This document shows, piece after piece, positions 41,111 to 53,147 of a DNA stretch of 64,000 bases. The notes under the pieces are model-generated. The model was not told the DNA's origin, did no database searches, and saw only the letters and a list, made by a program, of their open reading frames with translations. Position numbers and translations under genes: made by a program. The stretch spans positions 33,542,001-33,606,000 of the forward strand of contig OX597835.1 in assembly GCA_951406725.2 (NCBI GenBank). Reading direction: 5' to 3'. Position 1 is the stretch's first letter; each line of letters starts with the position of its first letter. This DNA comes from Octopus vulgaris (taxonomy: Eukaryota).

Positions 41111-42115
41111 CTATCTGTTTTCTTTAGGGGACCAAAAACGTAACAGAAATTTAGTCACAGATGGGAATGATCCGAAATGTTCTGTCCTTGTATTTAGACA
41201 TGTAGTAGGGTCTAAGCTGCTTTTCCAGATAAGCCATCTCTCCATGTCGCATAGACCACACCTTCCGCTGCCGTTGGTATAGGGCTTACATCTGGCCAAA
41301 ATCTTCCATTGTATGTTATAATCGACACCTTTATCTCTTAAAGACCAAATATGATTAGATAATTGTGTCGCTTTTCTTTTGTTCCAGTGCCTAAAGCTCA
41401 AAGTGTGGTTATTGAACCTGGCCTTGAAATTACCCTCTGTAAGGCCCACGTATTTCTTCGTCGAAACGGTGTCTTTAGTGGTTATAGAGTTTACGGTAGC
41501 TTCATATATGATGGTCTTGGACATGCAAGCTCCATTTAGCGGGCACAATTCTTTATTCCTGCATGAACAGCTGTTTTCTTGTTGTGTTTTTTGTATGTTA
41601 TGTTTGATTATGTTTTTAAAATTGGTAGTTGAACTAAAACTAATTTTTAAATTGTGTCTATTGAAGAGTTTCCTATAAGTATGGTTAACTGGAAAATGTC
41701 TATCTATCAGTGCTAGGAAATATTTATCTATATTGAAGGCCACCTCGGGTGAGTAAGGGGGCGTAAACCAGATGATCTTCCTATTTCTATTATTCCTTTT
41801 CCTTACTGTTGGGCTAGTGATAGGTGTATATTTTATTTTTTCGCTAAAACCACTATCTTTTAAAGCCTTATTATAAACTGGGGCAACGCTATTGAAGATG
41901 TCCTTATCAGAGAAGAGGCTAGAAATCCTCTTACTAATATTTTTAACTAAATTTTTGAATACTATAGGGGGATGGCATGAACCTACATTAATATAACTAA
42001 TATTGGGCTTCCTATAAGGCTTATAAATATTCTTATTAAGATCTAAGGAAACGTCTAAGAAATTGACAACCGTCAGGTTAGTATCTACAGTTATACTAAG
42101 TCCGAAGTATTTCAT
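41111..42115 (-). CDS. Penelope-like polyprotein fragment: RT thumb, Cys-rich linker, GIY-YIG endonuclease
   Basis: VNFLDVSLDL..YKPYRKP, SCHPP, IIWFTPPYS, CSCRNKELCPLNGAC, IIYEATV..KYVGLTEGNFKARFNNH, CGLCDMER; 334 codons open but N-truncated. Confidence 0.9.
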   Translation of the reverse strand: MKYFGLSITVDTNLTVVNFLDVSLDLNKNIYKPYRKPNISYINVGSCHPPIVFKNLVKNISKRISSLFSDKDIFNSVAPVYNKALKDSGFSEKIKYTPITSPTVRKRNNRNRKIIWFTPPYSPEVAFNIDKYFLALIDRHFPVNHTYRKLFNRHNLKISFSSTTNFKNIIKHNIQKTQQENSCSCRNKELCPLNGACMSKTIIYEATVNSITTKDTVSTKKYVGLTEGNFKARFNNHTLSFRHWNKRKATQLSNHIWSLRDKGVDYNIQWKILARCKPYTNGSGRCGLCDMERWLIWKSSLDPTTCLNTRTEHFGSFPSVTKFLLRFWSPKENR

Positions 42116-42145
42116 TAACTGGATAATATATATATATATATAAAT

Positions 42146-42183
<38 letters not shown>

Positions 42184-42335
42184 TATCCAGTTAATGAAAT
42201 ACTATTATATGATTTTTATCTATTTATATATATTATTATATGACTATATGTATGTATTTGATCTTTGAGTGTGGATCTTAGTAATGTTCCTTTAGTTCCT
42301 GCTCGCATTGCCTCCGCTCAAATTAAAAAGTGATT

Positions 42336-42378
<43 letters not shown>

Positions 42379-42714
42379 TTTACTTTATCGTTACGAGGCC
42401 ATTTTAACATACAAGCGTTGAAATGTGTACTGTAAAATAGTTTGCTTATGTTTATGAACACGTAGTTGTACTTTCAGCTTTATAGCGTTTAATATTGCAA
42501 TTAATTTGTCTGTGGCAGCTTAACTTAATGATAAAGCACTTGGCCGCAGTCTTGAAGGGACGTGGCTTCGAGTCCCATGGATATTTGTTGATCAGTTTTT
42601 CCGTTTTCTAAGCGTAGTTTACCATATATTTCTGCTCTCCTAGCGGCCTTTTCTGCTTTTGAAAATATATTATCATCTTATTTGTATCTTACGTATATTT
42701 GTTTTATCTTTTAT

Positions 42715-43060
42715 TTGTTTCACTCACTGGACAGAGGCCATACCAGAACACTGTCTTAAACTGCTTCGTCCAGCAAATCGATGCTTTTTAAATCTGATTC
42801 TTACTTGATCTTGCTCTCTTGCCATACGACTAACTTAAGAGAACGTAAACAAACCCACACCAGTGGTGATGTGTGGGTGATCAACGCAGACATAAACACA
42901 CGCGCAAAGATATACATATACACTTATGTACAATGAGCTTCCCCAACTAAATTCACTCGCAGGCATCGGTTCGCTCGGGCTAAATGGTCCAAGGTGCCTC
43001 ACAGTGTGGTTGAACCCGAAACAAAGTGGATGAAAAACTAGTTTCTGAACCACACAATTA
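42715..43060 (-). mobile_element. old SINE family A-like copy
   Basis: CCAAGGTGCCTCACAGTG..TTGAACCCG and AACGTAAACAAACC resemble family A. Confidence 0.6.
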
Positions 43061-43087
43061 TGACATCCTGCTTGCGCTTATGAATAC

Positions 43088-43163
<76 letters not shown>

Positions 43164-43345
43164 CTTATATATATATATATTTGTATATATATATGTATAT
43201 ACACACACACACACACATATATATATATATGATATGATATATATGTATATATGTATATATGTGTGTGTGTGTATGTGTGAATGTATGTGTATTAATACAT
43301 ATATATATCTATTACCCATACATTTAATATACATACACATACGTG

Positions 43346-43382
<37 letters not shown>

Positions 43383-43489
43383 ATGTGTGTGTGTATTTTA
43401 CGATTCCGTACTGTTACTGTTCACCTCTAGCTCAGAGATTTAATATAGCTTATATATATATATATGTGCGTGTGTGTGTAACCATGTAC

Positions 43490-43692
<203 letters not shown>

Positions 43693-44365
43693 GCAAATAT
43701 ATATATATACCCACATACATACGCAGAAATTATCCCCATTTTAATATTTCATGTTCCATCTGTAATTAAACTACCTCTTAATTATGATATAATGTCATAT
43801 TCGTCTAATGTACCCTTCATAATGACCTTTTTGATAACATTTCATGTTTCATTTATAATTAGTCATTTAATATATTATTAGTCTATCGTGTTATTTTCAT
43901 TTTCATGTCCACATACAATATATATTTAAAATATTTAACCACACATTTGTGTGATTATATTAAACTTTCAACCTGATATTTAAGTCAGTACAGTTTTATT
44001 ATTTTATAATTTAACTTCATACATTTTTTGTTGACATTTCACATAAAATAATTATCCTCGCTTTTTCATCAAATAAAAACTGTTTTACCATCGTCGTCGT
44101 TGTCGTTGTCATCATCATCATCATCAATATCATCCTCCTCCTCCTCCTCATCATCATCATCATCATTATCTCTATCATCGTAGTCGATGTCATTAGTACC
44201 ATTATTTTTTTAATTTATTATATCTTTATATACATAAATATAGTTCAAATTCTAGTTTACACATTATTAATGTCCATATCTATACTTCTATCTATATATC
44301 TAGCTAGTTGTCTATATATATATATATATATATGCATGTGTGTGTGTGGTCTGTGCGTATATATA

Positions 44366-45649
44366 CGAGGGGCGTTCAATAAGTAATGCCCCTGACTCAC
44401 TTCTCACAGTAGAGCAACGAAACTTGGCACAGTTATTAGTCTTTTTCTACATAGGAACCACCCAGAGTTACGCATTTCTCCCAATGTTTGATACAGCTCT
44501 GAAAACCGTTTTTGTAGAAGATCCCAGCTTGGTCCTCCAACCACGACGTGACTTCAGAAATCAAGGCTGCCTCATCTGGGAAACGCTTTCCTTTCAAAAA
44601 CAACTTCATGACTGGGAAGAGGTGAAAATCAGAGGGTGCAAGGTCAGGAGAGTAAAGGGAATGGGGGATGAGTTCATAGCCGCACGCCTGTGCTTCTGAT
44701 TGGCGACACGCAAGTTGTGGATCGGAGCGTTGTCCTGCAGGAGGAGGATGACTTTGCTGATCTTGCCCGCCTCTTGATTTTGATAGCTTCTCTTAATTTC
44801 CTCAAAAGTGAAGCATAATAGACTCCTGTAATTGTGGCACCCTTTGCCAGGAAATCTGTCATCATTACTCCGTCCTGGTCCTAGAAGACTGTGAGCATGA
44901 CCTTGCCAGCGGAGGGCGGTACCCTTGCCTTCTTTGGAGGTGAGTCACGGTGCTTCCACTGCATTGACTGGGCTTTCGTCTCTGGATCATAGGGATGGAC
45001 CCATGTTTCATCCTGTGTAATCAGTCTTTTGAAAAATTTGGACTCATCTTCTTGGCACATCTCCAAATTCATCCTCGAGCAATCGACGCGTTCTTGCTTC
45101 TGGAAAGGCGTGAGCAACCTGGGAATCCATCTGGCAGACACCTTTTGCATACGCAAATGGTCATGAATGATAGTTTCCACAGACCCGGTGCTAATCTTGA
45201 CCTCATGCGCTATTTGGCGAATAGTTATGCGTCGATTTTCCAAAATGACAGCCTCAACTTGACGGACAGATGCCTTATCAAAGGCAGAAGGGGGCGACCA
45301 GATCTGGGAGCTGTTTCCACAGAGTTCCGACCATGTTTGAATTCACGATGCCAGCGTTTTACAAGGTCATATGATGGGGCATCATCACCATAAGTTACTT
45401 TCATTTCATCAAAAGTCCCCCGTGGTGTGCGTCCTTTCAAATACAAAAACTGGATCACTGCTCGACACTCAACAGGCCCCATTTCCCACTTGACTCAGTT
45501 CAAATACCTGTAAATCAGAAACCACAATTAGTTCAGAGCTGTAATTTGCCACTTAAACTATAGCGATATAGATAATTGCACAGGCAAACTTCTAGCCAGA
45601 TCAAACAAGTGCAAGTGGGTCAGGGACATTACTTATTGAACGCCCCTCG
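44366..45649 (-). mobile_element. full-length mariner transposon (about 1.28 kb)
   Basis: TIRs CGAGGGGCGTTCAATAAGTAATG(C/T)CCCTGAC at both ends; TA duplication. Confidence 0.95.
44445..45482 (-). pseudogene. mariner transposase (frameshifted)
   Basis: RAVIQFLYLKG, PRSGRP, KVSARWIPRLLT, ITQDETWVH, QSMQWKH, SAGKVM; split over three or more frames. Confidence 0.92.
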
Positions 45650-45794
45650 TAGCGTATATATATATGTATATATATATATATGCGTGTGTGTGTGTATGTA
45701 TATATATATATATATATATATATTGTGTGTGTGTGTGTGTGTGTATCAGTGTGTATATATATGTATATATGTGTGTGTATATATATAATATGTG

Positions 45795-45837
<43 letters not shown>

Positions 45838-47414
45838 ATGTGTGTGTATATATATATATATATGTGCGTGTGTGTGCGTATAGATATGTGTGTATATATA
45901 TTTATGTATGTATGTATCTATCTATCCATGTATCTATGTTTATTGGCGGTGGTAAATGTGTATGAACTCTGTTACACTTCACCATATGTTTCCATCTATT
46001 TATTATTTGCAAAGGAATATATATTAAACTTCAGTTATGGTAGTGTTAACTGAATGGAATTATGGTATCTTTCAGAATTAAATTTATTATAGTAAAAGAC
46101 TGAGGAAATTTACAAAGCTGGGTGGTCAAGATACCCCAGAGAAAGTATTTTGAATTTCGCAACTAATTCGATCCAAGACACCAATTTAGCTTAGAAAATG
46201 TTATACTTTCTGAAATTCACTTTTATTCCTATGATTATGTCCCTGTGGAACTTTTCTCCGCCGTGTCTAGCATTGCTTATACAGTTCTGGTCACCCTATT
46301 CCAGTATTGAGAGCCGTTTTATGATTTCGTTAGCAGATCTTCCCAGAAACACCCTCGTTCCCACCGGTAAGGGTCTAGATAAAGGAACCACATTCTCTAA
46401 ATTTTACTGTAATTGTCAGTCTTGTAAATGTAAACTTCCTCCATTTTATTTCCATTTTGTACAGCGATTTTATTCAGAATCACTTGTGATGAAAGTGAAT
46501 AGAATACAACATCTAATTTCTTAGCGCACTTGATGATGATCTATATGTAAAGCTTTCAGTTTGCAAGGTGTGTTGAGCATTGCCATTTGCCTCCTCCATT
46601 CGGTGAACACTTCCTCCGTGATTCAATTAGCACAACTATTCCAGGTAACAAAATTTTTACCATCTAGCATTAAAAGAGCTTCTATTGGCGTCGTCTTTCT
46701 TATCGCGGTACAAACCACACGTGAGATCTATTTAAACATATGATTATGCCTTCAAGTGTACCTCCCTTGGCTTAAGATATGTTCTACTGTTTGTTTTCTT
46801 TGTCATAGCAGGCAAAATAAAGGGTTTTCCCTACTTCACCAGGTTTGTAATTGAAAGCAGGAACTTACAGTCCTGGGGATGATGCCGACTCTTTTAGAGG
46901 AGTCATGTGGCATATTCCGTTGAATCTGACAATTCTTTGGAGTGCAATTTCCGAATGTTGTCCTATATCCTTGATTCTCTTCGCATCCTTCCCCCATTAC
47001 TCACTTTTCGAATTTCCACATCCTTCATTGCCATTCCTTTAACGACCACTCCACTGAGCCTAATCCCTGCCTCTTGACCTCATTGTAACCTGTTCTAAAT
47101 TGAAATTTAACTGACGTAGATTTGACTTTTACCCTTTTGGAGTCGATAAAAATAAGAACCAGCCATCTCCTGGAGTTGATGTAATTGAAATCCTCTTCCC
47201 GTAGAAAAACCGCTGGAACTGTGCCAAAATTTGAAACAGTCGTTTCCAGAAAGTTGAAGCTTTCTTTTGCAACATCCCCTTCGTCCTGAAGTTTCCATTT
47301 TCTGCCAATTCTCACTTTGGGTTGAATTCATCTCACAACCTTATGTCTTAAATTCTCAAACATACACAGTGCTTAGATTTGCATCAGGGCATCCGTATTC
47401 CATCAATTGGGCAG

Positions 47415-47959
47415 ACTAGGCAGTTTTCCTTTGCCTTGTGGCTATGATAAAAGAGGCTCTTTGGTAGACAAGGCTGAAAGGCATGAGGACAGATACATTC
47501 CTCTTTAGCAGAGCTCTCATTGACTTCTTCAGGTTTCACTTGAAAAGGAAATTGAGAGTAGAGAGGGAAGTTTATTGAAGGGTGGGTGAAAGTTGGGAAA
47601 ATGGCAAGAGTGGATGGTACATCTCTAAGTGTAGACCTGTGAGTCGGAGAGAAGGAATTGGAGAGGGCTCCTTGGGTTTCAGGGAAATCTCGGACAGTGA
47701 GGTTCCGCGATTATCCCTGGAGGTGTTCCTGTATCAGGAGGGCCATATCTCTATCATCCCCCACTTAATTTTTTTTTTACCTTTGTCTGCTATGCTTTTG
47801 CCTCTTCTTTTGCAGTGTATACCGTATATACTTTATTTTTTTATTATTTATTTTATTTTTTATTATTTTATCATTTCGTTATTATATGTACCCCCCCACA
47901 CTTTATGTCTGTCTCTGTATTGCCCCCCTCATCTTTCGCCCTTGTAGCAAATAAATGAA
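47415..47959 (+). mobile_element. Tx1/L1-like LINE 3' end with 3' UTR
   Basis: AVFLCLVAMIKEALW*TRLKG..ALIDFFRFHLKRKLRVERE, then T-rich UTR ending AATAAATGAA. Confidence 0.65.
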
Positions 47960-47984
47960 GTCATTATTATTGCTATTGTTGTTG

Positions 47985-48003
47985 TTGATGAAGATGATGA
48001 TGG

Positions 48004-48044
<41 letters not shown>

Positions 48045-48172
48045 GTGGTAGTGATGGTGATGGGGATGATGGGGATGATGAGGAGGAGGAGGAGGAGGAT
48101 AATGATGATGATGATGATGATGATAATGATGATGATGATGATGCCGTTGTCATCGTCGTCGTCGTCGTCGTT
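47985..48172. repeat. (GAT)n-rich compound trinucleotide repeat
   Basis: Direct observation. Confidence 0.9.
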
Positions 48173-49359
48173 TTCGTTTTTGTTATTGTTGCAAAAGTTG
48201 TTGCCCTTGTTATTATTGTCACCATCATCTTTATCAATAATTATCATTATTAATAGTAATTGAGGTGTTTTCTTTTTGTACCTTTTTAGTTATTATTGTT
48301 CATGTTGTTGTTGTTGTTTTCATTATTATTCACGTTACTATTGTTGTTGCTGTTGTTGCTGTCGTTATCCTTACATGTATTTCCATTATATAAATATACA
48401 CAACTAACAATGCCTGTTATTTTCCTTATTTTATCTTTGATATTTATATATAATAAATATAATAATATAAATTGTTGTTGTTATTGTTGTTGTTACTATT
48501 GATACTCACTGAGTAGAACAAACACATCAACACACAAAGCTTCCCCTGATTTTCATTCCTTTTGTGTATTTTTGATATTTCGCATGAAGCAGATCAAATG
48601 AATAACGCAAAGTTACTTCTCGATGTCTGAAAACGAATCGGAACCAAATACAATTATTTAAGTCGCTAAATAAGATAATAAATGCGTCTGTGATTATCTT
48701 GGTTATCAAAAGAAGATATAAATTAATAATAGCTCAATTCTGACGATTTATAACGGAGTCCATTAAAATCCTCTCCTGCGATATGATTACAAAACTTCAC
48801 CAACTGAAAGAGAGGTTACAGACAGGCTGGCTCAATGAACGAAATAATATAAAAATGAAAGAAGCAAGATAAGAAACATGTGATATCAACTCCACTTTAA
48901 TCAAATATCTACATGGTGATATTCATAAAGAAAAATGTAGAGAATGGAGCAGAACAAGCGATTGTGATACGGTTTCGTTATTGTAATCTGGTTTTGTGAC
49001 TGTAATACACTTTCGAGACTGTAATGAGTTTTCCAGTCAGTAATGTTTCTTTCGTAACAATGAAAGATCTTCTTCAACATTTTGACCAGATTTCAATTCT
49101 GATAAATTCCTTTTCAAACCGGCGAAGTGCTTTCAAGTCGACGACGAAATTTTTGTGAAGGCGATGAGCTTTCAGTCTCTACTTGAAGCGGTTTCGTTTC
49201 TATTACACTAATAACAATTCACGATCTTGTAAGATGTGGGAAGGTCACAGATTTCATTCAGCTTCTTATCTTAAGCATACAGCCTGGTTTTAATAGAACA
49301 AAGATGCACAAAAGAAAATTTGAAGTAGCTTTGTATTTACTCATTTTGATACACATACT

Positions 49360-49370
49360 GTAGTAGTAGC

Positions 49371-49452
<82 letters not shown>

Positions 49453-49462
49453 ATAGTAGTAG
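49360..49462. repeat. (TAG)n microsatellite
   Basis: Direct observation. Confidence 0.95.
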
Positions 49463-49484
49463 TACTTTAGCCCCCAAACAGTTC

Positions 49485-49526
49485 TTATTATTATCATCAT
49501 CATTATCATTATTATTATTATTATTA

Positions 49527-49579
<53 letters not shown>

Positions 49580-49613
49580 ATTATTATTATTATCATCATT
49601 ATTATTATCATCA

Positions 49614-49644
<31 letters not shown>

Positions 49645-49784
49645 CATCATCATTATCATTATTATTATTATTGTTATTGTTATTATTATTATTATTATTA
49701 TCATTATTATTATTATTATTATTATTATCATCATCATTATTATTATCATTATTATTATCATTATTATTATTATTATTATTATCA

Positions 49785-49881
<97 letters not shown>

Positions 49882-49964
49882 CATCATCATTATTATTATT
49901 ATTATTATTATCATTATTATTATTATTATTATTATCATCATTATTATTATTATTATTATTATTA

Positions 49965-50016
<52 letters not shown>

Positions 50017-50024
50017 CATCATCA

Positions 50025-50056
<32 letters not shown>
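49485..50056. repeat. long (ATT)n/(ATC)n array
   Basis: About 570 bp of ATT interspersed with ATC. Confidence 0.97.
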
Positions 50057-51083
50057 GCTGGAGATGTACTACGGTGTCAGCTGTTCACTATCAGTGAACT
50101 AAGGTAATACCTCTTATTTTTCGAGCACCTTCCGGAGTACTCGAGCGGTTCCAATCAGTGCTGTTTTCTGCAAGTGCTCCACCTATATTGCTGCCCATAT
50201 TTTTTCCATGTAATTCTCAAGATTTTTGCTACTGTTCCCAGGGCTCCGACAATTATTGGTACTACTACCACCTTTTTCATCGATCACAACTGCTGAACCT
50301 CCTAAGCTAACCTGTCATATCTGTCGACTTTTCATTCTTCCTTATCGCATACCTTGTTGTCGGCTGGTCATGCTATATCTATGATCCAGCATAGTTTGTT
50401 TTCTTTCTCAATTAAGACTATGCTTGGCTTCCTATTCTCTATCTCATGGTCACACTGAATCATAAAATCCCACAGGATCTTTGCATTATCATTTTCGATG
50501 ATGCCTTCGGGTTTGTGTTCGTACCAATTTTTTGCTCAGTCAAGTCCACACTTGTTGCAAAGTGTCCAATGGACAAGCCTTGCTATATTGTCGTGGCGTC
50601 TCTTATATTTTTCTGGGCTAGTGGCGTACATTTTCTGGTAATATGCCATACGGTTTCACAACTTTGTCCACAGATTCTGCACATATCACTCTCTGATATG
50701 TTGTCTATTCAGTATTTTATGTAGTTTGTCCATAGTACTTGCTCTTGGCCAGCACAGATTAGAGCCTCCGTTTCTGGTTTTAAATCATTTTTAGTCATCC
50801 ATAGCCATCGTTTTTCTCTACCAGGTTTTATCTTCAAGATCCCTATGAAATTGTCCATGCATTCTTTTCTTTACCCACCTATTTTCAGTTTCATTCGTTT
50901 TCAATTGCTTTTATAGTGCTTTATGTTTATAAACTTTCATCTTTCACAAGCCTGATCTTCTTACTTCTAATAATAGCAGATTTGTGGCATTTTTTACATA
51001 CCATGGCATGCTCATTTCTTCTCTTCTAATGCCGTGTTTGCATCCAATAAGTCCTCTACCTCCTCTTTTCCTTGGTGCATACA
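50057..51083 (-). mobile_element. R4/Dong-clade LINE 3' part (CCHC plus restriction-like endonuclease), degenerate
   Basis: CRICGQSCETVWHITRKC, YKRRHD, CWIIDIA, VVVPIIVGALG, LQKTALIGTARVLRKVL with stops and frameshifts; 3' end abuts (TAA)n. Confidence 0.85.
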
Positions 51084-51084
51084 C

Positions 51085-51477
51085 TTTACTCTTTTACTCT
51101 TTTACTTGTTTCAGTCATTTGACTGCGGCCATGCTGGAGCACCGCCTTTAGTCGAGCAAATCGACCCCGGGACTTATTCTTTGTAAGCCCAGTACTTATT
51201 CTATCGGTCTCTTTTGCCGAACCGCTAAGTGACGGGGACGTAAACACACCAGCATCGGTTGTCAGGCAATGCTAGGGAGGACAAACACACACACATATAT
51301 ATATATACATATATACGACAGGCTTCTTTCAGTTTCCGTCTACCAAATCCACTCATAAGGCTTTGGTCGGCCCGGGGCTATATCAGAAGACATTTGCCCA
51401 AGATGCCACGCAGTGGGACTCTACCCGGAACCATGTGGTTGGTTAGCAAGCTACTTACCACACAGCCACTCCACGCC
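51085..51477 (-). mobile_element. SINE family A, full length
   Basis: Reverse-complement match with (AAAGAGTA)n tail. Confidence 0.92.
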
Positions 51478-51545
51478 TTAAAATACAGTCACTTTTTGGG
51501 TGGAGTGTCCTATTATTATTATTATTATTATTATTATCATTATTC

Positions 51546-51755
51546 AGTAGTTTTATTTTTATAGCGTGCTTTCACTTGACTACCGAGTGCAGCTCTGTGT
51601 GCCTTGGGTATGTGCTGTGATTTGTTGTGATGCTCTGATGGTTATTGTATGGAAAGTGTTCTGCGTAGGATGTGTGCAGTGCCTAGTAGTGCAATTTTCT
51701 GTATGTTATATGTGTTTGTAAGTCCTGGTGTTTTTGTTATGTATTTGTCTGAATA

Positions 51756-51757
<2 letters not shown>
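51546..51757 (-). mobile_element. second R4/Dong-like LINE 3' terminus inside (TAA)n
   Basis: YNIQKIALLGTAHILRRTLS; (ATT)n on both flanks. Confidence 0.75.
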
Positions 51758-51841
<84 letters not shown>

Positions 51842-51916
51842 CTTCATTACCATTATTATTATTATTATCATTATTATTATTTTCATTAACATTATTATTA
51901 ATATTACTAGTATTAA

Positions 51917-52035
51917 GGTGGTGAAATGACAGGATTGTTAGCACGCCGGGCAAAAATGCCTAGTGGCATTTGCTTCGACGTTATGTTCTGTGTTCAAATT
52001 CCGCCGAGGTCGACTTTGCCTTTCGTGCTTTCGGC
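51917..52035 (+). mobile_element. SINE family B, 5' fragment
   Basis: GTTAGCACGCCGGGC..TTCCGCCGAGGTCGACTTTGCC. Confidence 0.75.
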
Positions 52036-52285
52036 CCTTGAGGCAAAAATTTGAAACAATAATAATTATTATCATTATTATTCTTTTTATTGTTGATATT
52101 ATTTAGACCAATTTATCCGTTGTCCAGTGGATCTATAATCCAAGATGATCCAGCCATGATCACCTAACTTCATTCCACACGCTATGACTCAAGCTTTGTC
52201 TCAGTTTGTTACGTAATAGTAGCAAAGATGGAGTTCGCAACCATCGTGTAAAGCGTGTAACAGTTATCGTTTCTACAGAGTAGAA

Positions 52286-52688
52286 GGCGCAGGAGTGGCT
52301 GTGTGGTAAGTAGCTTGCTTACCAACTACATGGTTCCGGCTTCAGTCCCACTGTGTGGAACCTTGGGCAAGTGTCTTCTATTATAGCCTCGGGCCGACCA
52401 AAGCCTTGTGAGTGAATGTGGTTGATGGAAACTGGAAGAAGCTCGTCGTATATATGTATATATATATGTATTTGTGTGTATATGTTTTTGTGTCTGTGTT
52501 CTTCCCCCCAACATCGGTTGACAACTGATACTGGTCCCCGTAACTTAGCGGTTTGGCAAAAGAGACCGATAGAATAAGTACTAGGCTTACAAAGAATAAG
52601 TCCTAGGGTCGATTTGCTCGACTAAAGGCGGTGCTCCAGCATGACCGCAGTCAAATGACTGAAACAAGTAAAAGAGAGTAAAGAGTAA
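52286..52688 (+). mobile_element. SINE family A, full length
   Basis: GGCGCAGGAGTGGCTGTGTGG through GACTGAAACAAGTAAAAGAG. Confidence 0.92.
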
Positions 52689-52927
52689 TTTATGGAAGAT
52701 TTCTGGTTTATTTCAGATCAAAGTTACAGCAGCAGCAGCAGCAGGAACAGCATTTGTAATGGCGTTGATGCTCGAGGGGAAGGAAGAAGGAGAAGAATTA
52801 CAGCTTATTGGTGTTCTCATTGACGACATCACTAATTTTTTTTTTGTTTGTTTATAACTGAATATTTCACATACTCATACAAACACACGCACACATGATA
52901 TGTGTATATCTACACATATATGTGTAT

Positions 52928-53086
52928 CTATGTTAGGAATGGTCAGTGGCAAGAGAGGAAGAGGCCGACCAAGAACTCGCTGGCTTGACACCATCAAGAG
53001 TGATACCGGATTGGACATAGCCAATCTGAAAGAAGCGACCCAGGATAGAACTCACTGGAGGACACTGATCCAACGAGTGACCGAGA

Positions 53087-53087
<1 letters not shown>
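52928..53087 (+). mobile_element. RTE-clade LINE ORF C-terminal fragment
   Basis: MLGMVSGKRGRGRPRTRWLDTIKSDTG...QDRTHWRTLIQRVTES. Confidence 0.85.

Positions 53088-53147
<60 letters not shown>

Larger units (their letters stand above)
40838..42128 (-). mobile_element. 5'-truncated Penelope-like retroelement
   Basis: RT C-terminus plus GIY-YIG ORF followed by HHR-bearing 3' end; both ends in (TA)n. Confidence 0.9.

Noticed and set aside
46060-47090. Possible LINE ORF1 or host exon (more balanced composition, coding-like)
   Set aside because: No recognisable motif or sustained open frame by eye; needs tBLASTx
48500-49340. Repeat-free island as a candidate enhancer or exon
   Set aside because: Cannot be supported without conservation or expression data
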